DNA of 64,000 nt, taken from an uncultured Planctomycetales bacterium (GTDB taxonomy: Bacteria > Omnitrophota > Gorgyraeia > Zapsychrales > JANLHA01). Where the stretch lies: the NCBI GenBank assembly GCA_964474085.1, contig CAYYRJ010000010.1, positions 12,606 through 76,605 of the forward strand, in the 5' to 3' direction. Numbering within the stretch: position 1 is the stretch's first letter; each line of letters begins with the position of its first letter. This document shows, piece by piece, positions 17,563-28,832 of this stretch. The notes below the pieces were generated by a model that was given only the letters and a program-made list of their open reading frames with translations, had not been told where the DNA came from and did not search any database. The translations under genes and the position numbers were made by a program.

Positions 17563-20500
17563 TAGCTCCAATTGGATTGGCAAAATAGTCGCTTTTTTTA
17601 TTCGGTCAAAGGTGACGCCTTTGATTTTGGGCTTTGCGTTATTCCTAGGGATCATGGCTGTTGTAAATTTGCCAAGAGAGGAAGAACCACAAATTTCTGT
17701 GCCCATGTTTGATATTTTTGTTCATTATCCTGCGGCAAGTTCACAGGAGGTGGAAGAAAGAATTATTAATGTCGCTGAGCGTAAACTTTGGGAAATCCCG
17801 GGCGTTGAGTATATTTATTCGACGGCACAAACACACGATGCTTTGATTGTCGTCCGTTTTAAGGTCGGGGAAGATGTCGAAAAATCTTTGATTAAGTTGT
17901 ACACGAAAGTTTTTGCAAATTTAGATTTTTTACCCCAGGGTGCTTCGCAGCCGCTGATTAAGGTCCGTTCTATTGATGATGTCCCTATTTTGGCGTTAAC
18001 TTTTTATTCCAAGACAAAAGATGAAATAGCCTTGCGCCGGGTTGCCGCATCTGTACAAGAAGAAGTCAATGCCATCGAGAATATATCGCAAACCCAGATT
18101 ATCGGAGGGCATAAACGTGTTTTTAACGTGTTGCCGGACCTTATCAAACTTCAAGAACATTTGATTGATTTTTCTGCCATTGAGCAGGCGATCGTTTCTT
18201 GTAATGTTAAATTTTCTGCCGGTCATTTGCAAACAGATCCCAAAACGATGCTTGTAGAAGCAGACGGGTTTTTTAGGTCCAAGGAAGATTTGGAAAATCT
18301 TGTTGTAAGTTCTTCGTCAGGAAAAGTGGTTTATCTTAAAGATATTGCACAAATTATTGATAGCCCTGATACGCAAGAACATCAGGTCAATATTCGTTTC
18401 GGGGCACGAGAAGATCAGGCCGATTTGCAGCCGTTAAAAGCTGTGACTTTGGCCATATCCAAACGTAAAGGATCGAATGCCGCGTGGTTATCCCAGCAAG
18501 TTCTTAAAAAGGTCGATATTGTCAAAGGAGATTTAATCCCTGCAGACGTAAAATTTGAAGTGACTCGTAATTATGGAGAAACCGCCACAGAAAAATCCAA
18601 TGAGCTTCTTGTGCACATGGCTATTGCGGTTATTGGTGTTGCTTTGCTGATTGCCTTTGTTTTAGGCTGGAAAGAGGCTGGTATTGTCGCGGTCGCTATT
18701 CCGGTCACGTTGGCTTTGACGCTCGCTTCTTTTTATTGGCTTGGATTTACTTTAAATCGTATTACACTTTTTGCCCTTATTTTTTCGATAGGTATTTTGG
18801 TTGATGATCCGATTGTGAATGTTGAAAATATTGTCCGGCATTTGCGTTTGGCAGAAAATCGTGGGCGTAAATTTTTTGATATCGTTGTCGGCGCTGTGAT
18901 TGAAGTTCAAAGTCCTTTGATTTTGGCTACCTTAACGGTTATTTCTGCGGTTTTACCTATGGCTTTTGTCGGCGGACTGATGGGGCCATATATGCGGCCT
19001 ATTCCCATCGGTTCGAGTTTGGCAATGGTCTTTTCGATGATAGTGGCTTTTGTTGCAACACCTTGGGCGGCGACGGTTATTCTAAAACGCAGTTTTGAAA
19101 AAAACACTCTTGTGGATCACAATACTCAAGAAGATTTCTTAACAGGTGTTTACCGTTCATATATGAAGCCGCTGATTTATGATATGAAAGTTCGGAAGAT
19201 TTTTTTAATTGTTCTCGGTGTCCTTTTGGGATTTTCAATTTTGTTGGTCCCTTTGAAAGCTGTTAAGGTCAAAATGCTTCCTTTTGATAACAAAAATGAG
19301 TTTCAGGTCGTGCTTGATATGCCCTCGGATACATCATTGGCCAAAACCACAGAAGTCATTGAAGAAATTGCACAATATTTACAGACTATTCCTGAAGTTG
19401 ATAATATTCAGGCGTATGTGGGAACAAGCGCTCCGTATAATTTCAATGGGCTGGTGCGTCATTATTATTTGAGGACAGGGCTTTATCAGGCGGATTTACA
19501 GGTTAATCTAGTATCAAAAGATAAACGTCACCGTCAAAGTCATGCCATTGCCAAAGCCGTTCGTGGCAAAATCCATGAAATTGTTTCAAGAAATGGCGGG
19601 CATGTTCAGGTTGCTGAAGTCCCACCTGGCCCGCCGGTATTGTCGACATTGGTTATGGAACTTTATGGCCCTGATCGTCAGAAAGCAGATAATTTAGCCA
19701 AACAGATACAGGATATGATGGCGTCAAATCCTAACGTTGTGGACATCACAACACCCGGGCCATTGGAACAGAAATTATTGCATTTAGCCATTGACCATCA
19801 AAAGGCAAGCCTCAATGGGATTTCTTCATCGCTTATTGCACGGACGATATCAACGGCAATGGCAGGCAAAAGTGTTGATTTAGCCCATTTGTCAAATGAG
19901 TATGAACCGCTGGAAATCGTTTTACGATTACCCGAAGATAAACGTAGAGATTTAGATTCTCTGCTTGGGATTACTCTTTTGTCTGCTTCTGGGGTGCCAA
20001 TACCCCTTAAAGATTTAGTCACTGTTGAAAATACTTTCAAAGAAAAACCGATTTTTCATAAGAATCTCATGAGGGTCAATTATGTTTTTGGGGACATTGC
20101 CGGCCCATTTGAAAGTCCGGTGTATATCATTTTTGATTTGGATAAAAGTTTTAAAAAACTCGTTCTTCCATCATATCCTGAAGGCCAAAAATCATTGAAG
20201 ACCCTTTGGACGAGTCTTCCGGCAAGCGAGAATCAATGGTCTCTAAAGTTTGATGGGGAATGGCACATTACCTATGAGGTTTTCCGAGACTTGGGGATTG
20301 CTTTTGCGGTCGTGCTTGTTTTGATTTATGTTTTGGTCGTCGGGTGGTTTCAATCCTTTAAGGTCCCGCTTATCATTATGATGCCTATTCCTTTGACGCT
20401 CGTGGGGATTTTACCTGCGCATTGGTTGTCGGGGACGTTTTTTACAGCAACGTCAATGATAGGAATGATTGCCGGAGCCGGTATTGTGGTTCGCAACTCG

Positions 20501-20773
20501 ATTATTTTAGTGGACTTTATTCAATTGCGTTTAAAAGAAGGAATGTCTTTGGAAGAAGCTGTTGTTGATGCCGGTGCGGTACGTTTTCGACCGATGTTAT
20601 TAACGGCGATGGCAGTTGTTGTTGGCGCCTGTGTGATTCTTTTTGACCCAATATTTCAGGGTTTAGCTGTTTCTTTGATGGCTGGCGAGTTGGCCTCCAC
20701 ATTGCTGTCTCGCACGGCGATTCCTGTTATTTATTACATTGTTATGAAACGTTCCCCCAAAATGGAGGTTTAA
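17555..20773 (+). CDS. RND efflux transporter permease (AcrB/CzcA family)
   Basis: ~1070 aa with 12 TM helices and two large periplasmic loops. Overlaps the OEP gene by 8 nt. No adaptor gene is present between them. Confidence 0.85.
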   Translation: MNNSSNWIGKIVAFFIRSKVTPLILGFALFLGIMAVVNLPREEEPQISVPMFDIFVHYPAASSQEVEERIINVAERKLWEIPGVEYIYSTAQTHDALIVVRFKVGEDVEKSLIKLYTKVFANLDFLPQGASQPLIKVRSIDDVPILALTFYSKTKDEIALRRVAASVQEEVNAIENISQTQIIGGHKRVFNVLPDLIKLQEHLIDFSAIEQAIVSCNVKFSAGHLQTDPKTMLVEADGFFRSKEDLENLVVSSSSGKVVYLKDIAQIIDSPDTQEHQVNIRFGAREDQADLQPLKAVTLAISKRKGSNAAWLSQQVLKKVDIVKGDLIPADVKFEVTRNYGETATEKSNELLVHMAIAVIGVALLIAFVLGWKEAGIVAVAIPVTLALTLASFYWLGFTLNRITLFALIFSIGILVDDPIVNVENIVRHLRLAENRGRKFFDIVVGAVIEVQSPLILATLTVISAVLPMAFVGGLMGPYMRPIPIGSSLAMVFSMIVAFVATPWAATVILKRSFEKNTLVDHNTQEDFLTGVYRSYMKPLIYDMKVRKIFLIVLGVLLGFSILLVPLKAVKVKMLPFDNKNEFQVVLDMPSDTSLAKTTEVIEEIAQYLQTIPEVDNIQAYVGTSAPYNFNGLVRHYYLRTGLYQADLQVNLVSKDKRHRQSHAIAKAVRGKIHEIVSRNGGHVQVAEVPPGPPVLSTLVMELYGPDRQKADNLAKQIQDMMASNPNVVDITTPGPLEQKLLHLAIDHQKASLNGISSSLIARTISTAMAGKSVDLAHLSNEYEPLEIVLRLPEDKRRDLDSLLGITLLSASGVPIPLKDLVTVENTFKEKPIFHKNLMRVNYVFGDIAGPFESPVYIIFDLDKSFKKLVLPSYPEGQKSLKTLWTSLPASENQWSLKFDGEWHITYEVFRDLGIAFAVVLVLIYVLVVGWFQSFKVPLIIMMPIPLTLVGILPAHWLSGTFFTATSMIGMIAGAGIVVRNSIILVDFIQLRLKEGMSLEEAVVDAGAVRFRPMLLTAMAVVVGACVILFDPIFQGLAVSLMAGELASTLLSRTAIPVIYYIVMKRSPKMEV

Positions 20774-20913
20774 TATGTTAGAAAGATTTTTACGTGGGAT
20801 AGCGGGATGTTTTATTTACAAATTGGTGTCCAATGATGTGGATGTTGAAACGATGCGGGGTTAAGTAAACATAATGATCCGGAGTTCGCTAACCAATGAG
20901 GAGAAGAGCAATT

Positions 20914-22704
20914 ATGACCGATGACCGTATCGCTAGATTGATCGAAACTGCAGAGGCTATCAAACGTGGAAATTTTTGTGTTCAACTTTCTGCCGAGGGC
21001 AATGATGAAATTGCGCATCTTGGCAGGCAACTGATCGACTTGGCGAGTTTTGTTGAAAAAAAGTTTGAAGAAATGCGCATCATGTCGGTTATTACCCAAA
21101 AAATCAATACGGGTATCGTTTTAGATGAAGTTCTTAATTATGCGTTTGATCATTTTAATGAGTTTATTCCTTATGACCGCATTGGGTTTTCGCTGATTGA
21201 ACAAAATGGAAAAAAGGTCCGCTCTCGCTGGGCCAAGTCAAGGGCGTCCGAGATGGTTTTAGGAAAAGGCTATAGTGCATTATTAGAAAACAGCAGTTTG
21301 CAAAAAATTATAGAGACAGGAAATCCCCGGATTCTCAATGACTTGGAAGAATATCTTAACGAACATCCGCAGTCGGATTCCACTCGAAAGGTTCTCTCCG
21401 AAGGGATTCGCTCGAGCTTGACTTGCCCTCTAATCGTTTTAGGCAAACCGATTGGGTTTATGTTTTTTTCGAGCATGCAAAAAAACACTTATCAAAATGT
21501 CCATTTGGATCTTTTTTTGCAGATTGCCGGTCAGTTTTCGATGATTGTTGAAAAAAGCAGGCTTTATGATGAGCTATTGCAAAAAAATGAAGACTTGCGT
21601 AAGCTCGACGAGCTTAAAAGTAATTTTGTGTCGACGATTTCTCATGAATTGCGGACACCTTTGACGATTATCAAAGAGTCAATCAGCCAGATTATAGACG
21701 GGATTTTGGGGCCTGTTCCCGAAAAGCAACAGAAATCCTTAAGTATTGCGCATAGATCTTGCAATCGTTTGATGAATATTATCAATGACCTTCTGGATAT
21801 GTCAAAACTCGAGGCAAAGAAAGTGCGGCTTCACAAAGAATATGTGGATGTTGCGGACCTGATCCATGATGTCGTTTTGTCTTTTGAGCCGCAAGCGGCG
21901 CAAAAAGGTTTGGAAATCAAACTCGATTGTCCTACCCAGCCGGTAAAAATTGAAATGGATCATGCCCGGATGGTACAAGTTTTTACAAATTTCGTCGGAA
22001 ACTCTTTGAAATTTACAAAGCAGGGAAGTATCACACTGGGATTTACTGAAAATATCGATGAAATTCACTGTTGGATTAAAGATACGGGTTGTGGCATTGC
22101 CGAGGAAGATTTAAAAAAAGTTTTTAACCGTTTTGAGCAATTTAACCGTCAACCGGGCTCTGGGCCTCGGGGAACAGGGTTGGGGCTGTCGATTTGTAAG
22201 GAAATTATTCAGTTGCATGGCGGGAATGTTTGGGTGGAAAGTAAATTAGATCAGGGCACCACAATTAATTTCGCTCTGCCAAAATTTTCAAGTCAAAAAT
22301 ATGCTCTTGCCGCGGTTCATGAAGCGTTTGCAAAAGCGGTTGATCAGTCGCTGCCTTTGTCGTTGGTAACCATTAGTATCAATAACAAAGAAGCTGCCTC
22401 TGGCAAGCATGATCAGCAGCAAATGGTTTCATTCCTGCATCGTTTTGAAGGTTGGATTTGGAAGTCATTGCGTCAAGATTCGGATCGGGTTGTCCGCAGT
22501 GAGTATTCTTTTTATGTGGTTTTGTTTTTGGACAAAAAAGATTCTTTTTCCGTCGCTGAACGTATTTCGCATACGATTAATGAACATCTTCTCAAGGAAG
22601 AGTTTTTTAAAGAACAGTTAAAAATCAGCTGGCAGGTGGTCAGTTATCCTTATGACGTTGTTAGTATTGATCAGTTGATTTCTAATCTTGGTTTGAACAA
22701 GTAA
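20914..22704 (+). CDS. sensor histidine kinase with GAF domain and a C-terminal degenerate GGDEF-like region
   Basis: H-box SHELRTPL and an HATPase_c domain (GLGLSICKEIIQLHGG). The last ~150 aa contain RSEYSFYVVLFLD...VAERISHTIN, reminiscent of an RxGGDEF...AERIR pattern. Alternative start at 20896. Confidence 0.7.
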   Translation: MTDDRIARLIETAEAIKRGNFCVQLSAEGNDEIAHLGRQLIDLASFVEKKFEEMRIMSVITQKINTGIVLDEVLNYAFDHFNEFIPYDRIGFSLIEQNGKKVRSRWAKSRASEMVLGKGYSALLENSSLQKIIETGNPRILNDLEEYLNEHPQSDSTRKVLSEGIRSSLTCPLIVLGKPIGFMFFSSMQKNTYQNVHLDLFLQIAGQFSMIVEKSRLYDELLQKNEDLRKLDELKSNFVSTISHELRTPLTIIKESISQIIDGILGPVPEKQQKSLSIAHRSCNRLMNIINDLLDMSKLEAKKVRLHKEYVDVADLIHDVVLSFEPQAAQKGLEIKLDCPTQPVKIEMDHARMVQVFTNFVGNSLKFTKQGSITLGFTENIDEIHCWIKDTGCGIAEEDLKKVFNRFEQFNRQPGSGPRGTGLGLSICKEIIQLHGGNVWVESKLDQGTTINFALPKFSSQKYALAAVHEAFAKAVDQSLPLSLVTISINNKEAASGKHDQQQMVSFLHRFEGWIWKSLRQDSDRVVRSEYSFYVVLFLDKKDSFSVAERISHTINEHLLKEEFFKEQLKISWQVVSYPYDVVSIDQLISNLGLNK

Positions 22705-22728
22705 ACGGGTTTAAGAAAGCAGGATACT

Positions 22729-24111
22729 GTGGTTGAAAAATCAAAAAGTTTTAAAAGTGTCGGATTAAGCCAGCCGATGCTTGATAATTTAAAATCTTTG
22801 GGTTATTTGGAAATGACGCCGATCCAAGAAAAGGGCTTGCCGTTTATTTTAAGCGATCGCGACTTTATCGGGCAGGCTAATACCGGTAGCGGAAAAACCG
22901 CCGCTTTTGCTTTAGGGATTTTGACCAAGTTGGATTTGACCAATCGTCTTCCGCAGGCTTTGGTGCTTGTCCCGACGAGAGAATTATCTGAACAGGTGGC
23001 CAACGAGATCCGCAGGCTGGCTCGTTTTGCGAGCAATATTAAAGTATTGACACTTTCAGGGGGCAGTGAAGAACGCCATAAAGTCAAGTCGCTAAATCAC
23101 GGCGCGCATATTATCGTCGGAACGCCGGGGCGTATTACAAAATTGTTGGAAAAAGGCACGCTTGTAGCGTCGGACATCAAAGTTTTGGTTTTGGATGAAG
23201 CTGATCGTTTGCTTGAGATGGGAACGATTCAAGAGATCAATCATATTGCCAGTTTTACGCCCGTTAATCGTCAGACGATGCTTTTTTCGGCGACGTTTCC
23301 CAACGGAATCAAGACTTTAAGTGCGAGTTTACAGGAAAACGCTGCGGCTGTGACAATCGATTCGCAGCATCAGATGAGCACGACAGAGCAATTGTTTTTT
23401 AAGGTCGAAGAAAATAAGGACGATGCGCTTTTGCGTCTCTTGGCACATTATCGTCCTCAATCGTGTATTATTTTTTGCAATAGCCGAGAAACTTGCAATC
23501 ACGTTGCCGGAATGCTTCGGACAAAAAAAATCGAATCGCTGCAACTGCATTCGGATTTGGATCAACCAGAGCGGACGCTGATTCTCATTAAATTTGACAA
23601 TAAAAGTACACGTATTCTTGTGGCCACCGACTTGGCTTCCCGTGGACTTGACATTAAGGATGTCAGTGTCGTGCTTAATTACGATTTGCCTTCGGACCAC
23701 GAACTTTATATTCACCGTATCGGTCGCAGCGGACGTGCGGGGCAAAAGGGTTTGAGCTTAAGCTTATACACGCCTAAAGAAAAAAAATTGCTCGAGACGA
23801 TCAGTGATTATTTGAAAACCAGTTGTCGAACAATGGAATTGACGGATTTGGCAAAGCTTAAATTCGTGACTTTTGCATCCGGGATGACAACGCTGTATAT
23901 TAGTGCAGGGCGAAAAGATAATATTCGTCCCGGGGATATTTTAGGCGTGCTCACCAAACAAGCCGGACTTGCAAAAGAGGATGTCGGCAAAATTCATATT
24001 TTGGAAGTCAATAGTTATGTAGCTGTTCTGCATGAAAAAGTCGCGCAAGCGATTAAAATTTTGAATGTGTCAAAAATCAAGGGAAAAAAGTTTAAGGTAG
24101 GAAAAGCTTAA
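22729..24111 (+). CDS. dbpA: DEAD-box ATP-dependent RNA helicase, DbpA-like
   Basis: Q-motif, GSGKT, DEAD, SAT and HRIGRSGR motifs plus a DbpA-type C-terminal RNA-binding domain. GTG start. Confidence 0.85.
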   Translation: MVEKSKSFKSVGLSQPMLDNLKSLGYLEMTPIQEKGLPFILSDRDFIGQANTGSGKTAAFALGILTKLDLTNRLPQALVLVPTRELSEQVANEIRRLARFASNIKVLTLSGGSEERHKVKSLNHGAHIIVGTPGRITKLLEKGTLVASDIKVLVLDEADRLLEMGTIQEINHIASFTPVNRQTMLFSATFPNGIKTLSASLQENAAAVTIDSQHQMSTTEQLFFKVEENKDDALLRLLAHYRPQSCIIFCNSRETCNHVAGMLRTKKIESLQLHSDLDQPERTLILIKFDNKSTRILVATDLASRGLDIKDVSVVLNYDLPSDHELYIHRIGRSGRAGQKGLSLSLYTPKEKKLLETISDYLKTSCRTMELTDLAKLKFVTFASGMTTLYISAGRKDNIRPGDILGVLTKQAGLAKEDVGKIHILEVNSYVAVLHEKVAQAIKILNVSKIKGKKFKVGKA

Positions 24112-24126
24112 AGGAGTTTATTTAAC

Positions 24127-26820
24127 ATGGATACGAAAAGATTTTATAGCATGACCACAGAAGCGGTGGCTGGGGATTTGGGCAGTGATTTAAAAAATGG
24201 TTTAAGCCACGAGTTGGCTCAAAAAGTTTTTTCTGAAATTGGGGCCAATCAACTGACAGAGCAAAAAGGCACCAGCCCTTTTGTTCTTTTTCTCGGACAG
24301 TTTAAAGATTTCATTGTTTGGGTTTTAATCGGTGCAGCGTGCGTTTCAGGCTTTTTGCAGGAATGGATCGATGCATTGGCCATTGTCGCTATTGTAATTA
24401 TCAACGCGATTTTAGGATTCATTCAGGAATACCGTGCCGAGAAGTCGCTGGCTGCGCTTCGAAAATTATCTAATCCGACGGCCAAAGTCATTCGTGACGG
24501 TCAGCGCCAGATCATCGGCTCTTGTCATTTGGTTCCAGGAGATCTGATAGAAGTTGAGGCTGGCGACAGTATTCCCGCCGACAGCCGCTTGGTGTGGGTC
24601 AGTTCTAATTTTGGCGTGCAAGAAGCGAGTCTTACGGGTGAATCAACGCCGGTAACCAAGACGATACAAGCATTAGAGGAAAAAGATATCCCTTTGGCGG
24701 ATCGGGCGAACATGGTTTATATGGGCACGTCGGTTTCTTTTGGTAAAGCCCGGGCGATGGTTGTTTTTACAGGGATGCAAACTGAACTTGGAAAAATTGC
24801 AGGTTTAGTCCAGGCTGTCGGACATGAGACGACACCTTTGCAGAAAAAACTCGAAGAGTTCGGCAAGTGGATTGTGTATTTGTGTTTTGTGATGGTGGGA
24901 ATTGTTTTTCTTTTAGGCTGGCTGCGCGGCGGAAAAATTGTGGATGTCTTTTTAACGTCGGTGAGTTTGGCAGTTGCAGCAATCCCTGAGGGGTTGCCGG
25001 CCGTTGTCACGATTGCTTTAGCACTAGGCGTGCACCGGATGGTCAAGCGTCATGCGCTTATTCGTAAATTGCCGTCGGTCGAAACTTTGGGTTGTGCGAC
25101 GGTTATCTGTTCGGATAAGACAGGAACGCTGACAAAAAATGAAATGACCGTTCAGAGAGTTTTTGTGGGGCATAAAGTTTTTACGGTCACAGGTATCGGC
25201 TATGCCCCGACGGGTGAGTTTTTGGTGGATGGAAATCTCCAGAATGATAAGCAACCGGATTTGCAAAACATCCTTCTTGCGAGTGTTTTGTGCAACGGGG
25301 CGCAATTGGTCAACAATGCCGGTGTTTATAAAATTGTCGGCGACCCGACGGAAGGGGCGCTGTTGACTCTTGCGGCGAAGGCGGGCATTTTAAAGGAAAA
25401 AGCTGAAAGCGAATTTTTGTTTGTCGATGAAATTCCCTTTGATTCTGAACGCAAAAAAATGACGGTGATTCGCAAGCACAAAGATCATATTTTGGCCTTT
25501 GTCAAAGGGGCCCCGGATATTTTGATTGCTGATTGCGTCAATATTTATCACGATGGGACGGTCAGAAAGTTGACCGACGCGGACAAAGAAGCGATTGCAC
25601 GAGTCAACGATCAACTTGCTAACCAAGCGATGCGTGTTTTAGCTGTCGCAACTCGAGAGTTAGACAAGAATTTAGAAAAGTTTGATGCCAAGTTGACAGA
25701 AACTCAATTGACCTTTGTCGGTTTGGTGGCAATGATTGATCCGCCTCGTCCAGAAGTCAAAGAAGCCATCACGCACTGTAAAGCCGCCGGGATTAAGACA
25801 GTCATGATCACAGGTGATCACAAAAACACAGCTGTCGCTATTGCCAAGGCCCTGGGATTTTTTAATGAAAACTCTTTAGCCTTAAGTGGGGAAGAGCTCG
25901 ACCGTTTAAATGATGAAGAGCTTTTTAAGCAGGTTAAAAATATTTCTGTGTATGCGCGTGTGTCGCCGGAGCATAAGCTTAGGGTTGTGCGTGCGTGGCG
26001 CAAACATGGGGATATTGTGGCCATGACCGGCGATGGGGTCAACGATGCGCCGGCCGTTAAGGAAGCGGATATTGGGGTGGCCATGGGCATTACGGGGACC
26101 GATGTGACCAAGGAAGTTGCGGACATGATTGTTACGGACGACAATTTTGCATCCATTGTTTCAGCCGTTGAAGAAGGCAGAGGCATTTATGACAATATCA
26201 AAAAATTTATACAGTATTTGCTCTCTTGTAATGCCGGGGAAATTTTGGTCATGTTTGTTGCGACCCTAGTCGGATTGCCCGCACCGCTTTTGCCGATTCA
26301 TATTTTATGGGTCAATCTTGTTACCGACGGATTGCCCGCGCTGGCTTTGGGGGTGGATCCCATTGACCCGCATATTATGAAACGTTCTCCGCGGCCTGCG
26401 GATGAAAAGGTGGTCAGCAAGGCCCGTGCGATTGCGATTCTTGCGCAGGGGTCTTTTATTGCGTTTTGTACCCTTTTGGCGTTTGTGTTTGTTCTCTATA
26501 TAGAAAAGGAAGGTTTGGCCCGGGCGCGGACGGCCGCCTTTATTGTATTGGCTTGTTCGCAGTTATTTCACGCGTTTAATTGCCGCAGTACAACCGAGTC
26601 TTTATTTAGGCTTGGAATTTTGACGAACAAAAAATTAATTCTGGCGACGGGGATTTCTTTTATCCTTCAGATGGCGGTCGTTTATTTGCCGTTTTGTCAG
26701 AAAATATTTAAAACAGAAGCCCTTGGGCTATTCGACTGGATTTTGGTGCTTGTTATTTCTTCGTTCCCGCTGTGGGCTGTTGAGATACAGAAGGCTCTTA
26801 AGAGAAAAAATGCTGTTTAA
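24127..26820 (+). CDS. P2-type cation-transporting ATPase (Ca2+-ATPase family)
   Basis: [18 protein letters not shown] and GDGVNDAP motifs, ~10 TM helices. Confidence 0.85.
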   Translation: MDTKRFYSMTTEAVAGDLGSDLKNGLSHELAQKVFSEIGANQLTEQKGTSPFVLFLGQFKDFIVWVLIGAACVSGFLQEWIDALAIVAIVIINAILGFIQEYRAEKSLAALRKLSNPTAKVIRDGQRQIIGSCHLVPGDLIEVEAGDSIPADSRLVWVSSNFGVQEASLTGESTPVTKTIQALEEKDIPLADRANMVYMGTSVSFGKARAMVVFTGMQTELGKIAGLVQAVGHETTPLQKKLEEFGKWIVYLCFVMVGIVFLLGWLRGGKIVDVFLTSVSLAVAAIPEGLPAVVTIALALGVHRMVKRHALIRKLPSVETLGCATVICSDKTGTLTKNEMTVQRVFVGHKVFTVTGIGYAPTGEFLVDGNLQNDKQPDLQNILLASVLCNGAQLVNNAGVYKIVGDPTEGALLTLAAKAGILKEKAESEFLFVDEIPFDSERKKMTVIRKHKDHILAFVKGAPDILIADCVNIYHDGTVRKLTDADKEAIARVNDQLANQAMRVLAVATRELDKNLEKFDAKLTETQLTFVGLVAMIDPPRPEVKEAITHCKAAGIKTVMITGDHKNTAVAIAKALGFFNENSLALSGEELDRLNDEELFKQVKNISVYARVSPEHKLRVVRAWRKHGDIVAMTGDGVNDAPAVKEADIGVAMGITGTDVTKEVADMIVTDDNFASIVSAVEEGRGIYDNIKKFIQYLLSCNAGEILVMFVATLVGLPAPLLPIHILWVNLVTDGLPALALGVDPIDPHIMKRSPRPADEKVVSKARAIAILAQGSFIAFCTLLAFVFVLYIEKEGLARARTAAFIVLACSQLFHAFNCRSTTESLFRLGILTNKKLILATGISFILQMAVVYLPFCQKIFKTEALGLFDWILVLVISSFPLWAVEIQKALKRKNAV

Positions 26821-26838
26821 AGAATCGGGAATGCCGCA

Positions 26839-27210
26839 ATGAAACAGATTAAAAAGTTTGTGTTGATGGGGGCAGGGTTTTTGTTTGTAGCCTTGGGTGT
26901 TATCGGCTTCTTTTTGCCGGTTATGCCTAGCGTTCCTTTTTTTATTCTTGCGTCGATTTGTTTTTCGAAAAGTTCTGAAAAGTTTCATGATATGTTGATG
27001 AATAATAAATGGGTTGGGCCCCAAATTAGAGACTATCATCAGAATAATGGAATTAAGATGAGCACAAAGATTTTTTTGATTGTTTTGCAATGGTCGGGGA
27101 TATTATTTACGTCGATATTCTTTGTTCATAACCTGTTTGGAAGAGTCCTTATGCTTTGTATTGCCGTGGGCGTGACCGTTTACATAGTCTCGTTAAAAAC
27201 TGCCAAATGA
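26839..27210 (+). CDS. DUF454/YbaN-family inner membrane protein
   Basis: GFFLPVMPSVPFFILASICFSKSSEKFH, then a xGPxIRDY motif. Confidence 0.75.
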   Translation: MKQIKKFVLMGAGFLFVALGVIGFFLPVMPSVPFFILASICFSKSSEKFHDMLMNNKWVGPQIRDYHQNNGIKMSTKIFLIVLQWSGILFTSIFFVHNLFGRVLMLCIAVGVTVYIVSLKTAK

Positions 27211-28076
27211 CAAAAAAACCTAAAACCAAGACAGCTATCAGCAGAGGCCGCCGGGGTCTTTCAAAAAAGAAACCACACGAAACCCGCAAGGCTGAGCGCG
27301 TGCGGTTGCAGGGGCGGGTTAATTTTTTAAGTGATTCGCGAGATCAGTTGGATTTGGAACTCAAAGAACAGCGCGAAGAGCTTTTGCATGTAACACGCGT
27401 TGGCAAAATGGCAGAATTTGTTTCATCTTTAGCGCATGAAATTAGCCAGCCGCTGACGGCTATTCTTTCCTATGCTCAAGGTGCCAAGCGCATGCTGGGT
27501 AATCGGGAACCAGAGATACAAGAAATTTTGCAGTACATAATTAATGATGACCAGCGGGCGGCTGAGGTTATAAGGCAGTTGCGTTCGCTGCTTAAGAAAA
27601 GTGAGCCGCAGATAACGCTTTTAGATATCAATGCGCTTATCAGCGAAACGGTTTTGCTGCTCTCTGCGGATGCGACAGCCAAAAAAAATATTCTTAAGCT
27701 AGAGCTTAGTGCAAATATCCCGATGATAAAAGGCGATCGGATACAGCTGCAGCAGGTGCTTATAAATCTTATTAGCAATAGTTTTGACGCCATGCACGGC
27801 AGTAAACAGTCACATCAGATGGTGATTCGCACTTTACGTAAAGATCCAGAAACAATTTTAGTCGGAGTGCAGGACACAGGCTGCGGTATTGCGCCAGAGA
27901 ACATGACTAAAATTTTTTCGCATTTTTTTACCAGTAAGCCCGACGGGTTGGGCATGGGCCTGTCAATCAGCCGTTCGATCATTGCTGAGCATGGCGGAAT
28001 TTTGGAAGCAAAGAATAATCCTGATTGCGGCGCGACTTTTTATTTTACTTTGCCGATTGTTAGCAAACAGCTATGA
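27207..28076 (+). CDS. soluble sensor histidine kinase (no TM or sensor domain)
   Basis: HisKA LAHEISQPL plus HATPase_c. Start overlaps the YbaN stop (ATGA). Confidence 0.75.
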   Translation: MTKKPKTKTAISRGRRGLSKKKPHETRKAERVRLQGRVNFLSDSRDQLDLELKEQREELLHVTRVGKMAEFVSSLAHEISQPLTAILSYAQGAKRMLGNREPEIQEILQYIINDDQRAAEVIRQLRSLLKKSEPQITLLDINALISETVLLLSADATAKKNILKLELSANIPMIKGDRIQLQQVLINLISNSFDAMHGSKQSHQMVIRTLRKDPETILVGVQDTGCGIAPENMTKIFSHFFTSKPDGLGMGLSISRSIIAEHGGILEAKNNPDCGATFYFTLPIVSKQL

Positions 28077-28699
28077 AGAGTACAAAACCTATCGTTTATG
28101 TCGTTGATGATGATCTTTCTGTTTGCCGCGCTTTATCTGTTTTGTTAACTGCCAACGGGTTTTGGGTTGAAACTTTTAATCGGCCAGAGGATTTTTTGGC
28201 TTTCAAGCATCCGCATTTGACCGCTTGCCTTGTTTTGGATATTCGTATGCCTAAATTCAGCGGCTTTGAGCTTAGCGAAATAATGGCTCAACGCAAAATT
28301 GAAGTGCCTGTCATTTTCATAACCGGTCACGGCGATATCCCGATGAGCGTCAAGGCGATGAAGGCTGGTGCTATTGATTTTTTGCCTAAGCCGTTTACCC
28401 AAAAACAATTGCTGGCCGCTATTACTTTGGCTTTGATTAGAAGTAAAAAACAAAATTTAGAAAAATCGCAAATTGCGAGGATCAAAGGCCGCATCAAAAC
28501 TTTGTCGGTCCGCGAATTGGAGGTTTTTCGTTTTGTTGCTTTAGGGATGTTAAGCAAGCAGATTGCCTTCAAGCGTGGAACGTCCCTGCAAACGATCAAA
28601 GTCCACCGCTCCCGCGTCATGCAAAAGATGGACGCAAAAACCGTCACCGAGCTTATTGCCTTTGCGCAAAAAGCCGGCATAGTCTCTCTGCCACAATAA
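28073..28699 (+). CDS. FixJ/LuxR-family response regulator (REC + HTH)
   Basis: VVDDD REC domain and a LuxR-type HTH. ATGA overlap with the HK gene. Confidence 0.8.
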   Translation: MKSTKPIVYVVDDDLSVCRALSVLLTANGFWVETFNRPEDFLAFKHPHLTACLVLDIRMPKFSGFELSEIMAQRKIEVPVIFITGHGDIPMSVKAMKAGAIDFLPKPFTQKQLLAAITLALIRSKKQNLEKSQIARIKGRIKTLSVRELEVFRFVALGMLSKQIAFKRGTSLQTIKVHRSRVMQKMDAKTVTELIAFAQKAGIVSLPQ

Positions 28700-28832
28700 T
28701 CTTTCAATAATAAAATTCATTCTCTCGTCGGGAAAGTCCGCTATTATACCTCGGTACAATTGCATCGCTTCGCCTCTTGCCTAAAATACAATCATGAATT
28801 TAGAAAACACACCATCTAAGGAGAAAAGCCCG

